From Klebsormidium nitens (Eukaryota > Plantae > Klebsormidiophyceae), in the NCBI GenBank assembly GCA_000708835.1, contig DF237356.1, forward strand, positions 1 to 64,000: a stretch of DNA of 64,000 nt, in the 5' to 3' direction. The stretch's first letter is position 1. Each line of letters opens with the position of its first letter. Under the pieces are notes generated by a model that was given only the letters and a program-made list of their open reading frames with translations, searched no databases and was not told the origin of the DNA. The position numbers and the translations under genes were made by a program. Positions 24,101-35,600 of this stretch are shown here, piece by piece.

Positions 24101-25703
24101 CATGCCCCTTGAGAATTTGAAGCTGCAAATGCTGAGAGTGATTAATTTGGGCATATTGTCGGCATGATTGCAGATAGGCAATGCCAATTTCCCAGGTGAC
24201 TGGAGCAGCTCTGCAATCGTCGCTGATCGCAAGCAAAGTATTGTCAGGTTGGGTTTTGCAAAAGGAATATCGGGCTGCGTTGACACATTCACTACTCAAA
24301 CCATGTGATGCAGACATACACAAACTCGCACATCGTTGCCAAAGACTTGCTCTGGATTGTTGGCTTGTTTTTGCTCAAACTGTGCTCTGTACGCCCATCC
24401 ACCGATCACGATCACGAAAATGCCTCCTACCAACTCTCCAGGCTGCCGTAAAGTCAACTGGCGAATGCCCTAGAAGCTTTACAGTATGAAGTCTCTACCA
24501 TCAATCTTCCTTTGGAAACTACGACGGACCTGATCCTGCAACAAATACCTCCCTGCAGCTTCTGCATGCTGGATGGAAGGATCCTATATTACGGTGCAGG
24601 TATAAAAGATCGAAACCGCACAGAAGCAGCATTCACCTGCTCAGTAGCGCTTGCCGAGCTGCCTCGATCTGCTTTCGATCTGCCGCCAGAGCCTCCTCCG
24701 CCTGCCGCACCTCGTTCTCCTTCAACTTGAGTGCCTTCAACGCCGCAGCCAGGTCCAATTCCAGCTCGGTCACGGCCTCCTCCAAAGCGTTTTCTGCCGC
24801 ATACCCTGGATCCTGCAACCGCTCCTCATGCCGCTGAGCCTGCCTGAAGAGGCGCTCAAGGACAGCACGTGCATAGTCCTGGGGAATCTCCTCGTTGCTG
24901 CTTCCACTTGCTGTTCCGCTCCTCCGGTCAAGGATTGCCCGGGTGCAGGGGGACGGACGTGTTGAGGTGCGGGACTTAGGAATGCTAAATCGGAAAAAGG
25001 CTGGGCACAGGGTGCCTTCCAGAAGAGGGGACTGCAAACAAGTGAGAGCAGGTTTGGCAACAGACCCTGAAAGACTTGGTAGGAGCTGCTGCAGTTTGGG
25101 ACCTACTTCGTGTGCAGCCAATCCTCAGGCAGCTTTAGCCTTTAGTACCAGAAATGTTCATAGTAATGCCCAATAACGTCCAGTTTGCAAAGCAGGGGCA
25201 CTGCCAGGGAATATCCTACCATCTCAGAGAAGTTTGAACATTGTCAACAACTGCAGGAAGTGACGCTGCATTGATATTGTGCGTCGTAAAACTTAAAGGT
25301 CCTGCAAGACTGAATCAAGCCATTCTTGAAATTTGTTTTGCCAAACCTCCGCATAGTTATTCATGCAGACTCTTCTACTGGGCCTTGAGGATAGACACTT
25401 TTGATGTAGCATACCTACAGAACCTGCATGCGTGTAGAGATAACAGCAAGACCCCAATTTGTTCTGCCAAGCAACTCCACCTTAAAACTCGAGATGGATC
25501 TGTGGGGAAATTGTGGCTCTTTATCCTACTCAAATTGCTACTCCCTCTAAGCAAGGCATCAAACAGTGGCTATCAGAAACAGAGGCTGTACCAGAAGGCG
25601 CAAATAAGTTCCTTACCCTAGGAGCCTGCGCACTGCATCTACCAGCTGCTCGTCCAAAAAGTTGAGGGGCAGTCGCCAGCGGGCGAGCAACTGCCACCTC
25701 CAT
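18170..25703 (-). CDS. MRC: Plastid-targeted long coiled-coil protein, MRC/PII1 (myosin-resembling chloroplast protein, starch granule initiation) homologue
   Basis: Exon 1 (25617-25703, MEVAVARPLATAPQLFGRAAGRCSAQAPR) and exon 2 (24637-25031) give a transit-peptide-like start, then ARAVLERLFRQAQRHEERL...LELDLAAALKALKLKENEVRQAE. This resembles recalled Arabidopsis MRC (ARLLLEKLFARTQRLE...LESDLEAALVALLKREEDL). The C-terminus ARLEAETALVALQSLTQLSHEL...LTRLTKQLVVDAG resembles LEVEAATSALQKLAKMSTELL...LTEKLLENAG. Many heptad-rich exons lie in between. Confidence 0.8.
19661..21818 (-). repeat. Cluster of junction echoes inside the MRC-like gene
   Basis: Donor echoes at 19661 (real 19794), 20349 (real 20634; deleted copy at 20537-20553) and 21230 (real 21336). 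Acceptor echoes at 20131 (real 19990) and about 21769-21818 (real 21623). Confidence 0.85.
22787..22848. repeat. Intronic 33-bp tandem duplication
   Basis: tggaaaactt(g/a)aacagggagg(cg/cc)agtcaa occurs at 22787 and 22820. Confidence 0.9.
23404..23437. repeat. Intronic 18-bp-period duplication
   Basis: agcagatgagaaagta occurs at 23404 and 23422. Confidence 0.85.
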
Positions 25704-27868
25704 GCTTTTGAGCAGAGTCAGTACTGTCAGGACCTTTCGAAGAAACCTTATGTTCTTTCCCCCAGCCCGGAGGACCCTGTAGCTGCTTTGCCGATCTTCC
25801 GGCTACCAACTCGTGCGAGTCTTTTCAAGGAGTAGTGCAGCCGCCTCTCTCTATGTGTCAGCGTGAGTTGAAACTCCTGATTTGGAGAGGCGACAGACGC
25901 TATAGCATGACAGACAGGTAAAGGTCTCACAGTGATCAATTCACAATCGTTTTCAAACTCCAAGGCGGTGCTCGTGTTGCTACTAGATTAGCCAGTATTA
26001 AAGAAGAGCAATAGGGGCAGAAACCAGAAACAAAGCGTGTCCTTCAGCTCTAAGCCTCAGCTCGTTGTAGATCTCTGAATGTCTAAAGAACCAACTAAAC
26101 AACCATAGCTCCCTCTGACTCCCTTAGCCTTGCTTGACGTCCCAGGAAGGTCCCAAGCCGCTGAGCTCGTGCCACAGGAAGAAGGACGCCCCTCAAAAGA
26201 AGCACGCCTTGCATATGTGGGCCCCAATTTTGCCTTCTCAATCCCGTTCTTCAGGGCTTCCCAGACTCGGCCAGAGAAGTTCTCTGGCACCAGTGCCAGC
26301 GTTCGAAATGTGTGGTCCATGTTTTCGCGTCTCGAGTCTGGACAGTTGACTCCGCTACGGTAGGTACGGTACCTACCTCCAATCCAACGGTAGGCACTGA
26401 ACGACTCTAGGCTTATTTGTCAAATCGAGGGCCTCCTTTGCACGTGCAAAATTCCACGTGGCTGCGGGGCATGGTTGTCAAAGTACACGTGTCTTCTTTC
26501 GAATCTAGTCAAGGATACGACACTGCACAGTCTTGAAAGTTGATCAACAGTGACTCTTAGCAAATCCGCATCCCCGACCGGGATCCCCAGGATCCGCAGC
26601 GAGGTCGACCCCGTTATCAATTCCATTCATGATTCCATTGCTGGTGCCGATCAACTTCAAGGCAATTTCAGGCGCATTCTTTCCTGAGATAGTCGGATAG
26701 GGCCTGGAACAAAAATTCCTAGCTTTATGCCGAAGACGCACTGCACCGTGCTCCATGGCTCTGACAACGCTGATGATCGGCCAAAGGGGTACACAAGTGT
26801 TATACACGAGTGTTACTATCTGGCACGTGGCAATGGACCCATCGCATTCATATGGGCCCCCCATGGCCATGCATGATCCTATGTTATAGGAAGTACCGTA
26901 TATGAAGCTTGTCGGACATTGCGGCTCTTTTGTTACGCGACCGTGCACCAAAACTCTATTGAATCTACTGCTTCGATCTTGGATCAACATGAAAGTTTTC
27001 GGTTGTCAGTACATGATTATGACCCAAATTTGACCGGTCAATGGCTGGGCTGCTTCTTGTGCCCGGTTATCATGCATCACAAAGCCAGAAGAAAGTCTGA
27101 ACTTGAAGGCGGCATGACTAGGTGCCTCTTCTTCGAGACGATGGTATTACTCGAGCAGCAGTGACTTGCAGTACCCCGGTGCCACAGTTTGTAAAGGCCT
27201 GAATTGCATACACACTATGGCTGGCTACGCGAGAGCATACGATTCAAGCGGTTAGGTTAGTGATCTCCAATTCTCGGGCATACCTACATCCAGCTAACCC
27301 TGATTGTATTCTTATCCTCGCAGCTCGAGCTCGGATCATGAGAATCTGATACCACAGTAGGAGGTGCTCACACAACTTGATGGACGTATGTCGCTGTATT
27401 TTCACGTGACCTCCCCAGAAGTGCACTTGTAGGGCAATCCTCAAGCAACAACTTGCCCGAAAAGCGCTTTACCTGATCGAGGGTAGTAGTTGGACGTGTG
27501 CGGAAAGGATCATGGCCTGAACGTCACCAAGCTGGGCACGAGCTCTCAATATTGTTCTCCCTCGGCAACACCTGCAAGGATTGACACGGAACAGAGTTCA
27601 GTGCTTCATGTCCGCAAGCAATAACAAAGGCATGGTCTGAAATCGACTTCGCTGAAAGCAACATAATAAGAACAGGGTCTGGTCCAGGCGGGAAAACAAT
27701 CAAGGAACGGACTCTCCGTTTGAAGGTCCTGTTTGATAAATCTTGGCAGGATGGAGGCCCTCGATCCGGGAGCTAGGAGTCTGCTCACAATCTGCCTAGG
27801 CAAACTTCACCGCTAGCATGAATCCTTCTCGATCGCCTCAGGAAACTCCCCGCACAAAACCTACGGGT

Positions 27869-30800
27869 TCAGCAGCATTTGACCATTCCGTCGACCTTGC
27901 AGCCTGTCTCTTATTCACGAATTTCACTGCCCTTGCAAAGTACGAATCAACGGAACATCGATGCCTGTGGACTCACCCATTCCTGTGAACCGTTCGAAGT
28001 TCAAACTGCTTTGCTTCTTCTTCCGATGAACTTTCAGGTAGTAAAACGCTCCCCCGGCGGCCGCCCCCCCTATTAACAAGATTGCTACAATGATTCCAAA
28101 GATCGCTCCGCCGGATAGGCCGTCGTCTCCATGCGAAAAGGTCTGCGGCAAGGGGCCGTCGGGAGGGTTTTCTGCAACAAAGAACGGAGAGAGTTAGATC
28201 AGGAGCGAGGGGCCGAGCTGGCCCCAGCCCACGCAAAACATCTGCTGAAGACCATTGCCTGATTGCAGCTCCAATTTCACCTGGGTCGACAACGTTACGG
28301 GCTTAGGGAGGAGCCTCGGAACCAAGACCTTGTTGACCTTGCTTTGACCTTTTCCTTCAGTGAATTTCTCTTCTATTGAAACAAGAACCCCAACACTCGC
28401 CCTTTCCGTGTCTACAAACCGTCTCGGCGGCTGTCCCACAGAGGATGGGCATTCCTGAGCAGAGCAACAGGAAGAGGCTTACCGCACGACGTGATCCGAG
28501 GATCGCAAAGGCTGGGGTTGTCATTCACTCTGGAAGTGGACAGTGAAACCTTTTAGTCGGCAGGAGCATTCGAAACAGCCGTTGCCAACTTCAGCTGGTG
28601 CAATTTGAGGTCAGAAAACTTGGAAGCGAAGGTAGAGCAAGTATGATAACGTTCGTTCGTGTTTCAACACGCCTGCTTAAAAATTATGCTGGAAGCATCC
28701 AGTGGAAACCCAAATGGTTTTAAAGAGACGAGGAATCGCTTACAGAAGTGTCACCCCGCTCTTCAAAAGTAGACCAAGTGGTACAGTGCCGTCCAAGTTG
28801 TTGTAACTCATGTCACTGCAAAAGGGCCCGCTTTAAAAATGTCAGAAGTTCCAATGGATGGGTCGTGAGGTGATATCTCCGGAAGCAGAACAATGCAATG
28901 CATCTCCAAGTCTAGGTAGACAAGAAGACGTCACCCTCCTTAGGTTGCTTCTGTAATGATACAATCTGCAACAAGACGATACTCACATGATGGATAGACT
29001 TGTCAGATTTTGCAAGCCTGTTGGCATTGGCCCATAGAAGTAGTTGTGAGATACGTTCCTGCAAGTCATAGAGAGTATGTGATTAGATGAGATTGTTGGC
29101 TCTGCTGTGCATCTAAGCTCGCACTGCTGTACATCAAACCAGCAACACTTCCTCAACAACATGCGAGACGCAGAGTGAGCCAAGGGTGCAAGATTCTCTG
29201 TGCGTGTTCGGCAAAGGCAAAGAGCCACAATGTTCTCCTCAACAGGAACTGTGGAGAGCTTACAAGATCTTGAGGTTGGTTACATTGAGCAACGCCGGGG
29301 AGATCGTGCCAGTCAGATTCAGGTTGCTGAGGTTTCTGCAGAGACAGTAGCGAAATGCGCGCAGTTAGGGACTTTGTCAACGGTCCAATCGAAAGGGTTG
29401 GCAGATGTCAGGTAACCCTATTGGAGTTGATGATGCCAAACAGGCAAGTAACCACACTTCCTCAGAAGAGGATGCCCTACAGGATTCTCTTGTCAGCAGC
29501 CCCTGACATCAGATTCATGCTCCATCTTCAAAGTCAAGCAGTGCTGCAATGAAAAACTTCGATGAAGAGTGATTTTGACGAACTTTGGTGCACCTGAGTG
29601 CACCTAGTTTGTGGTGACAGCAAGGTGTTCAGTTGGACAGTAGGTCAAGGGATGTCTGAAATGTTCGTAATCAACTCACAGTCCCAACCAACCAGTATGA
29701 GAGCACCTCATCGTAAAGCGGGGCCGCATTGGGTCCTTCTCTAGTGAAATTAGGTTCTGGGCCTCGTAAGCCCTTTTCAGAGATTGTCCAAGGCAATCCG
29801 TGCCGAGGGGCCTCACTGCGGACGAAGCTATTTCCCCACAGCGACCTTTGCATTTTCGTGTCAAGGACTTACATTTCTGAAACAGCGTCCGTAGCACCAA
29901 AAGCCCCCGCCTCGATGCCCCCACAAGCGACCCCCTGGTAAAGGCATGGGTTTTCGCCCGCCCAGCTCGCAAGGTGGTTGTATGGGTCAACAATGAAGCT
30001 CCTGAACTGAGCAAGAGCACTTACTGCACCGGGTAGAGAGTTGCAATCAATCAGTCTCAATTTGGGCTCGCTAGCTGTCCCCTTCCCTTGGAAAACAACT
30101 TTCCTTTTGGTCAGTGATTTTGATGACAGTCCCTTGCTACCACCAGGGGGTTAAGCATCTACTCTCTTGAGGCTTGGTGTATGCCATACTTGATTGTGTG
30201 CAACGTATAAGAATCTGACAAAGCTTAGGTGCAGCCTCAAGTCTGAGACTGAGAATCCTTGTGACAAGTAAAACTCAAAGCCAGTTCGTCAGTTTCGTCA
30301 ATTGACCATCTAGTGTTCCCATTGAGCGACTCGAAACCCTCTTTGTAGAGATCTGCTTTCCTGCAAGCTCCCCAGTCTTTTGTCAAGGGGCTATATTTGT
30401 CCAGCCGGCAGGAGCAGGTGCGCCCTAGTGCTTGGATTCTTACTTCGTGGCACACAAAAGTATTGCTTTTTGAGTCACCTCAGGGGACGAAGGAAAACAA
30501 CGACTGACAAGAGAATCTGCATAGTCTATTCAAGTGTCAGTAGCCATAGGTCTGGGTGATTTGTAAAGTCTTGTCTCATGGTAGGAATGATGTGCAAAAT
30601 ATGCTCCAATGAATCATGTACAGGCAACAGAATGCAGACCAAGCATACATATGCAAACACATGGAAAGGCACGATTTGGGATGACTAGTGTCACCTTCAG
30701 CTTGTGTGACTTGAGCTGTGGCCACAGGCAACCCAACAACCGCCAGGACCAATGCCCAAAGCCACTTGCTCCTCAGATCAACATGCTTGAAGCCATCCAT
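27869..30800 (-). CDS. Small leucine-rich-repeat receptor-like protein (signal peptide, LRRNT cap, 3 LRRs, TM, short tail, no kinase); last exon uncertain
   Basis: Exons: 30695-30800 (signal peptide); 29873-30023 (LAQFRSFIVDPYNHLASWAGENPCLYQGVAC); three 72-nt phase-2 exons at 29264-29335, 28987-29058 and 28744-28815 (NLSNLNLTGTISP, NVSHNYFYGPMP, DMSYNNLDGTVP); 28483-28529 (NDNPSLC cap); 27977-28171 (TM GAIFGIIVAILLIGGAAAGGAFYYL plus basic KVHRKKK). Confidence 0.82.
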
Positions 30801-32615
30801 TCCTCAGCTGGGGGCCACCTCAGAAGCAAGACTTTGTACCCAGGCAATGCCGGAGGTGGGGTGCCTGCTAGTGTGTCTAGAGGGCAACCCCGAGCCCAAT
30901 TGAGCTGCAATGAGCTCCAAGATACTGGATCTTGAGAGGTCAACTCGCTGCAAGCAATTCCGCCCTGTTTTCGCCAGGCCTGCACGCCAATTGCAACTTG
31001 CAGGCCGCTCGGACAAATGGTTGTTAGAAAGCCCAAAGAAATGAGCACAGTTGCTCTGCTTAGATCCTGGTTTCCATAGAGGATGCACTTTTCCCCGCAC
31101 CTTTTCCCCTTTCAGATGTGAAGGCTGCCGCCACGATGTCTTGTCATTGATAATTTGATTGGCACCAGAGCGCAAGCTATTTTGACTCCTGAGCTCCGCT
31201 GACCGCCTCTGACTCTGTGTCAGAACGTTCTGCTGAGCTCCGAGTCCCGGGAAAACCGGAGCTGGCTTCGAAACTCGCTTCCGTCAGCAACACACCGCGG
31301 CGACCATGCTAGTCCCTCCAAGGATTGCAGTGTCGCTCCACGCATTGTTAGGGTTCAGGCGTCTATGCAGCGCTCTTTTGACCTGCCTAGCTTTCAAAAG
31401 CTCGACAATCAAGCTGAACAGTTGCGAGGCTTGCGCTGATCGAGGGCATTGGATGAAATCCAGAACTCCATCCCTGTAGATTGAAGTTGAACATCAGTCA
31501 AGTGCAATGACAAAAGGTTGCAGGCTGAGTGCTCAGGAGGAAGTTAGGGAGTACGCGGGGCCGGACGTGGCAAGTACTTACTGTAATACTTACAGCTCCA
31601 CACGTTTGAATTCAAGGAAAACTTTCGCAGATGTTGCTGCTCCCCAGTTCAACTCTGATGAGAGCTCCTGCCTTGCTACTGCACCAATTGTCACATCGAT
31701 TGCTGATTACTTGCTCAAGCTACATTACTTCCGCGCTCGAGCAGTTGTGGCCTCCTAACCTGCAATCCCACGAGTGTCACCTCCTGGCAACATCCTGCTC
31801 CACAAGCCTGCTGCAATGCTAAACTCTGACCACAGTTCTTCTTAAGATACAAGTAAGCAGCCAGGATAGACATAGAGGAGCTCCAATGGCTGAAACACCA
31901 CTCCTACTCCCCCAAATGACAGCAGTCACAGAGAGCGGAATCCATGCCGGAGGCACATTTCCCTCTGCTTTTATGAGGAATTGTGGGCAGGTGAGCACAA
32001 AACGCAAAAGGAAGTTGCAGCTTCTAGAAATTGGGACGAAGACCGGGGTCACCTCTTTTTAAGCCCAGGTTATTTGAAATTAACCTGCCTGTGATGGGTC
32101 TATTGTAAACATGGGTCACTGCGAAGCAGGTAATTCTTTGGCTTCGAATCTTCGGTATTAGCTCCGTTCTTGCTGTAACTTGAGCTTAATGTAACGAAAC
32201 CCAAGGGAAGTTCAGGTCAGGAGGGAGCTGTTGTAAATGTTGAGGTGTTCTCTTCAAGTACCTCTGGGGTCTGAGAACACAGTCAGCTTGCAATTGGAGA
32301 CAGCCACCTGCCGTCCATATTAAGCAGGGAATACAGATGCTCCTTCGGTGAAAAGGAGCACAAATTTTGCACTTAGGATACATAGCTCTCAAGCTATGCT
32401 CCCAAAAGTGGGTGCTGGGAACTTACCACCAGTTTCTATCCTTGCAGGAAAACGTTTTGCTGCGCACAGGTGGGTTTGAAATATTCATATCCATCCTAGA
32501 AGTGTCGTTCATCTTTGCTATTGGACTTTGTCACCACTGACACTCAATGAAGGGTGGATAACCTGTGGTACATAGTATTAGGAGACTGAGGGACTCTCTC
32601 CCAAACACTTGCTGT

Positions 32616-35600
32616 ATGAGCATCACAATGGTAGAAAGCCCTCAGAAACGCAGTTTCTCACCATCTCGAGACAAGAACGAAGCCAATCTTGCATGTGAAG
32701 GTAATTGATCTGTTTTGAAACTTGGAGTTCGCCTCAGTATCTAGGCTGGTTACTAGAAGGAAAGAAAGGCTAAAGAGTCTCTATGAAGTGCTCTTCTAAA
32801 GGGGCAGATTTTCTCTGTTCAAAGGGGAGTGACTTTGTTCCTATATAAGAGAGAGTGCTATGCATCAGGAATCAACAGCCCTATAGGCAAAGCCAGAAAG
32901 GCAACGTTTTGGAACACAGATACGTTTGTGAAACGGAAGATGGGAAAACCACTGATGAAACTGAAAAGAGATCTGGATCTCCCATCTTAAAACTAATTTA
33001 GCTCGCTTCAATCCTTTACGCTGATAGGCTATGCACTCCAGAAAAGCTTGAGCAGAGGAGTCTGTTTTGTTTGACAGGCGAGCCAGTCGTGTCCACTGAC
33101 AAGAAGCGGCGTGTGAGGGAACGGCTGAAAGAAGCCGAGAAGCGGCTGCAGAAGAACCAGCCAGTTGCACTGAGGTGGAGAGAAGCAGGCAAGGCACTGA
33201 TGGTGAGCGCTTGATACCTCTGATTTACCTGAATCCGGTACTCCTACCAAACCAGTGTTTTCCTATGTCCCATGATTTGTGCACGCCATATCTTATTTGA
33301 AGAAGACAAGCATCGGGTGATTAGTCAAACGTCAAGTTCGTTCATTTCTTTTGTGAGTTGACATGGAAGGCTGTAGAGTCGCACATAGGGAAAGCGTGGG
33401 ACTGCGTTTCCTTAGTGGCCGGATCAATACAAAGATTCAGCTGCAAAGTCAGTTGCCTCGTGTCGTGGAAACTCAGCAGGGTAAGCTTTTTAGGTCGTAC
33501 TTTCAATACGAGTACAAGGTGAGTTGAATCTGAGTAAGTCTTTCCTTACAACGGCCACAGCCCTCCTCCTCCGCCTTACGTTCTCAGAATTTTAATCGCT
33601 CCACTAAGGTATTCTTTTGAACGTCCTTCGTTCTTGGCTTGCTCATCAGATTCCATAAGATTCAACCAGGACGCCTCATGCCGTTTGACTCCGTCCCTGA
33701 AAGACCAAAGCTCCTGTTATTCAGAGTATCGTGAGCCACAGTGCCTCGGTTTTCTTGGGCTCCTGTCCCATAGGGACAGGAAAGCTCCAAAGTGTTTCAT
33801 TGATGAAGAGGCAACCATTTCGGAAGGGAATTTTGTTTCCTTCTGAACCGCTGTACTTCACGCCGCTGTTTCCGGGAGGTCATTCTTGAGAACCTAACCG
33901 TCCTGCGAAACAAATTAACAGCCGTGCTATCAAGTGAGGCTCTTTCTGAACCGCTGAAGCTTGCGCCATTGCTCCCTGCAGGTCATTCTCGAGGTCCTAA
34001 CCGTCTCGCGATATAGGTATACGGACGTTCTTTCAAGTGAGGCTCTCTCTGAAACGGTGAATCTCGCACCATTGCTTCCACAGGTTAGTCTCGAGAATCT
34101 CAATAACCGGCCTGCAAAATAAATCGATAGACGCTTCTCCAGATTAGCCTCCCTCTGATCCACTGGGCCTCGCGCCGTTGTTCCCTGCAGGTCATTCTCG
34201 AGGACCTAACCGTTCTACAGTACAAGTTTACGGACGCCCGTGGCCCGCCGGACGTCCAAAGCATCAAGATCGATCACTCCGTGGCGGACCAATCCCAAGA
34301 GCGGCTTCTATCAGGTAATTGAACGGCCTTCATCGCCGCCGAGTAGACTTATAAGTGGTGCGGCCACCCCGTCACTGCTTGGTCGATCTCGTGGCCAACG
34401 AAGACCTTGAAATCATTTTTGTCAGAGGCGTGCAAGCTCGCTGTAATTGGTAGATCGATGGACTAAGCGGGTCGGTGTGTATCTGCTGGGTTCGCTCCTT
34501 CGAAGTTCCGTTCAGAGCGGCAGCGAAACTTAACAAACACCTTGTGCATCAAGGGCCCTCCCGCTACTCTCCGCTCGCTGTGACAGGTCTTCAGGTGCGT
34601 TGACAGATGCGACGTCTCTAATCTTCGCTTTGCAGCTACTCCCAAGTGCTGCTTCTCATGTCCGTACTCAGATCGGCGAAACTCTTGCGAACATTTTCGA
34701 ACCTGTCCGTACTCTTACGAGATTCGTCCGCCCCTTTCCGTGATACTCGCCTTTTGCAAAGGCGGATATTTGAGTCCGTCATTTCCTCCTTGTCCATTTG
34801 CTGGCAACCCGACCGTCCCGTTTCCGTTCCCAATACGCACCGACATCGACGTCACCTGCCAGCTCATGGTGGCCAGCACCCGCACCGGACGCCTCCTCCT
34901 CTTCAACGAGCGCAAGCACAAGTGTCGTCCGTTTGTCCGCTCTTACCCTAGCGTTCCGTTTCCGTTCTCAATCCGCACCGGACACTATCTTCATGGGCCA
35001 GCTCATCGTGGCCAGCACTCGCAACCGTCGCCTCCTCCTCTTTGACGCGCGCAAGCACAAATGTCGTCCGTCTCTCCGCATTGACAACACCGTTCCGTTT
35101 CCGTTCCCAATCCGGCAGCGGACATTGACGTCACGTGCCAGCTGATGATGACCAGCACCCGCAACTGTCGACACCTCCTCTTCGACGCGCGCAAGCACAC
35201 ACGTCTTCGTTTGCCCGCTTTACTTGACGTTCCTTATGTCGTCCATTTGTCCGCTGTTGCCCGACCGTTCCGTTTCCGTTCCAATGTGCAGCGGACACTG
35301 ACGTCACGTGCCAGCTCATGGTGGCCGGCACACACAACGGGCACGTCCTTCTCTTCAACGCGCGCCAGCTCGAGACCAACTCTTAAGTGCATCATCATCG
35401 GGCTTTCAGCTTTCCAAAAATTCGTTCCGTTTCCGTTCCCCATCCGCAGCGGACATTGGGGTCACGTGCCAGCTCATGGTGGCCAGCACCCGCAATGGTC
35501 GCCTCCTCCTCTTCGACGCGCGCAAGCACGAGCGGGGTGCTGCGGGCGACCACCTGGGCGCGTCCGGCACGCGCCTGCTGGAGGCCCTGGTAAGAACACG

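Noticed and set aside
31200-32500. Short ORFs between the LRR gene and Fritz
   Set aside because: No recognisable product. These are probably promoter/UTR sequence or unresolved 5' Fritz exons.
33830-35589. Regularly spaced repeats superficially like a CRISPR array
   Set aside because: The units are diverged copies of eukaryotic exon-intron junctions, not identical repeats with unique spacers, and there are no cas genes.
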